Assembly: GCA_013265495.1 (NCBI GenBank)
Contig: MU058252.1
Coordinates: 496,001-560,000, forward strand
Length of the DNA stretch: 64,000 nt
Reading direction: 5' to 3'
From: Vicugna vicugna
Lineage: Eukaryota
Part shown: piece after piece, positions 63,230-64,000 of the stretch
Layout: every line of letters starts with the position of its first letter
Numbering within the stretch: position 1 is the first letter of the stretch
Notes under the pieces: generated by a model
What the model saw: the letters and a program-made list of their open reading frames with translations, nothing else
Databases searched by the model: none
Told to the model about the DNA's origin: nothing
Made by a program: the position numbers and the translations under genes

Positions 63230-64000
63230 AGAAACTGAACGTCCACTCCCAGGGGTGATGGAGAGCTAGCGTGCAGCAGACCAAGGTTCCCACTAACAAC
63301 AACCAGAAAAGCCAGGAAGAAATGTCAGAAATCCTCTCTGAAAGCGGTGAAGAGCTGCAGAGGCAGCAGGAACTGGAGGAGTAAGACTCTGGCAAGCGGA
63401 GAAGTCCAGAGGGTTAGCTAATGTCTGTGGCCACTTTTACCTGGAGGGACTCTGCCAGTCCTATAGGCAGACGTAGGCACGAAGCTGAGAATCCAGATTT
63501 TGAACCCATAGAAGGCCACTGCTGGGGACAGACACGGCAGAGCTTTTGGCAGAGACTAAGTGGGGAACTCCAAGGACATGTGTCAAATTCTGAGCAACTC
63601 TGTATTTCAAGAAACTGAAACTTAAGTGGAAAGCCTCTGAAACGCAGAGGAAGCTTTTGATAAACCTGCAAGATGAAGATTTGTGTTTGTGACCCGTTGG
63701 GGTGGTGATGGGGTGGGTCCTGCAGAGAATACCCCAGGCTCCCAGGTGGGAGTTGGAGAGATGGGGTAGACGGAGCCCTACCAGAACCTCGGCCCAGCCC
63801 AGATGCAGTGCAGTCCCTGGTCAGATCCAGGAGAGTGGCTTCTCTGCTCCTTGGCCTAGTGGAGGAAAGGGTAAACCATCCCTGAAGGATAACATTTGAA
63901 GACTTTTTATAAGCAAAATTTGGCATCTAATGAAAAATGACTAGATATATGAAAAATAAGAAAAAAAGACAATAGAAACAGAGCCACCCTTAAGCCAGAT
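63230..64000 (+). mobile_element. Old L1M 5' region leading into ORF1 (runs off the window)
   Basis: aaaatgactagatatatgaaaaataag...gacaatagaaacag resembles an L1M ORF1 start. Confidence 0.5.

Noticed and set aside
34700-64000. NUB1 or another protein-coding gene in the right half
   Set aside because: No recognisable exons or peptides found; NUB1 presumably lies beyond the window.

Overview
This is mammalian genomic DNA, very probably camelid (alpaca/camel), judged from nine copies of a tRNA-Ala-derived Vic-1-type SINE. It holds the last two coding exons of CHPF2 (+; MIR671 is expected inside the masked part of the last exon) and the complete SMARCD3/BAF60c gene (-), arranged tail-to-tail with CHPF2. 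SMARCD3 has a proximal promoter at ~12.2-12.9 kb and a distal promoter at ~34.5 kb that feeds a MTPGLQHPPAVVQ start exon. The remaining ~30 kb is intergenic, rich in LINE, SINE, LTR and DNA-transposon remnants, with a cluster of CTCF motifs. Ten N-runs hide SMARCD3 exons 1, 2 and 11, the MIR671 position, two non-coding segments and parts of L1s, so calls there are inferred. I found no evidence for a wholly new gene or biological system. The most unusual observations are: a SINE with a TSD-bounded 66-nt 3' extension ending in a Pol III terminator, a short L1 3' transduction, a 26-nt-period G-rich minisatellite in the first intron of the distal SMARCD3 isoform, back-to-back poly(A) signals that would overlap the CHPF2 and SMARCD3 3' ends, and several candidate cardiac enhancers and an insulator cluster. 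Repeat subfamily names and motif calls were made by eye, without database searches.
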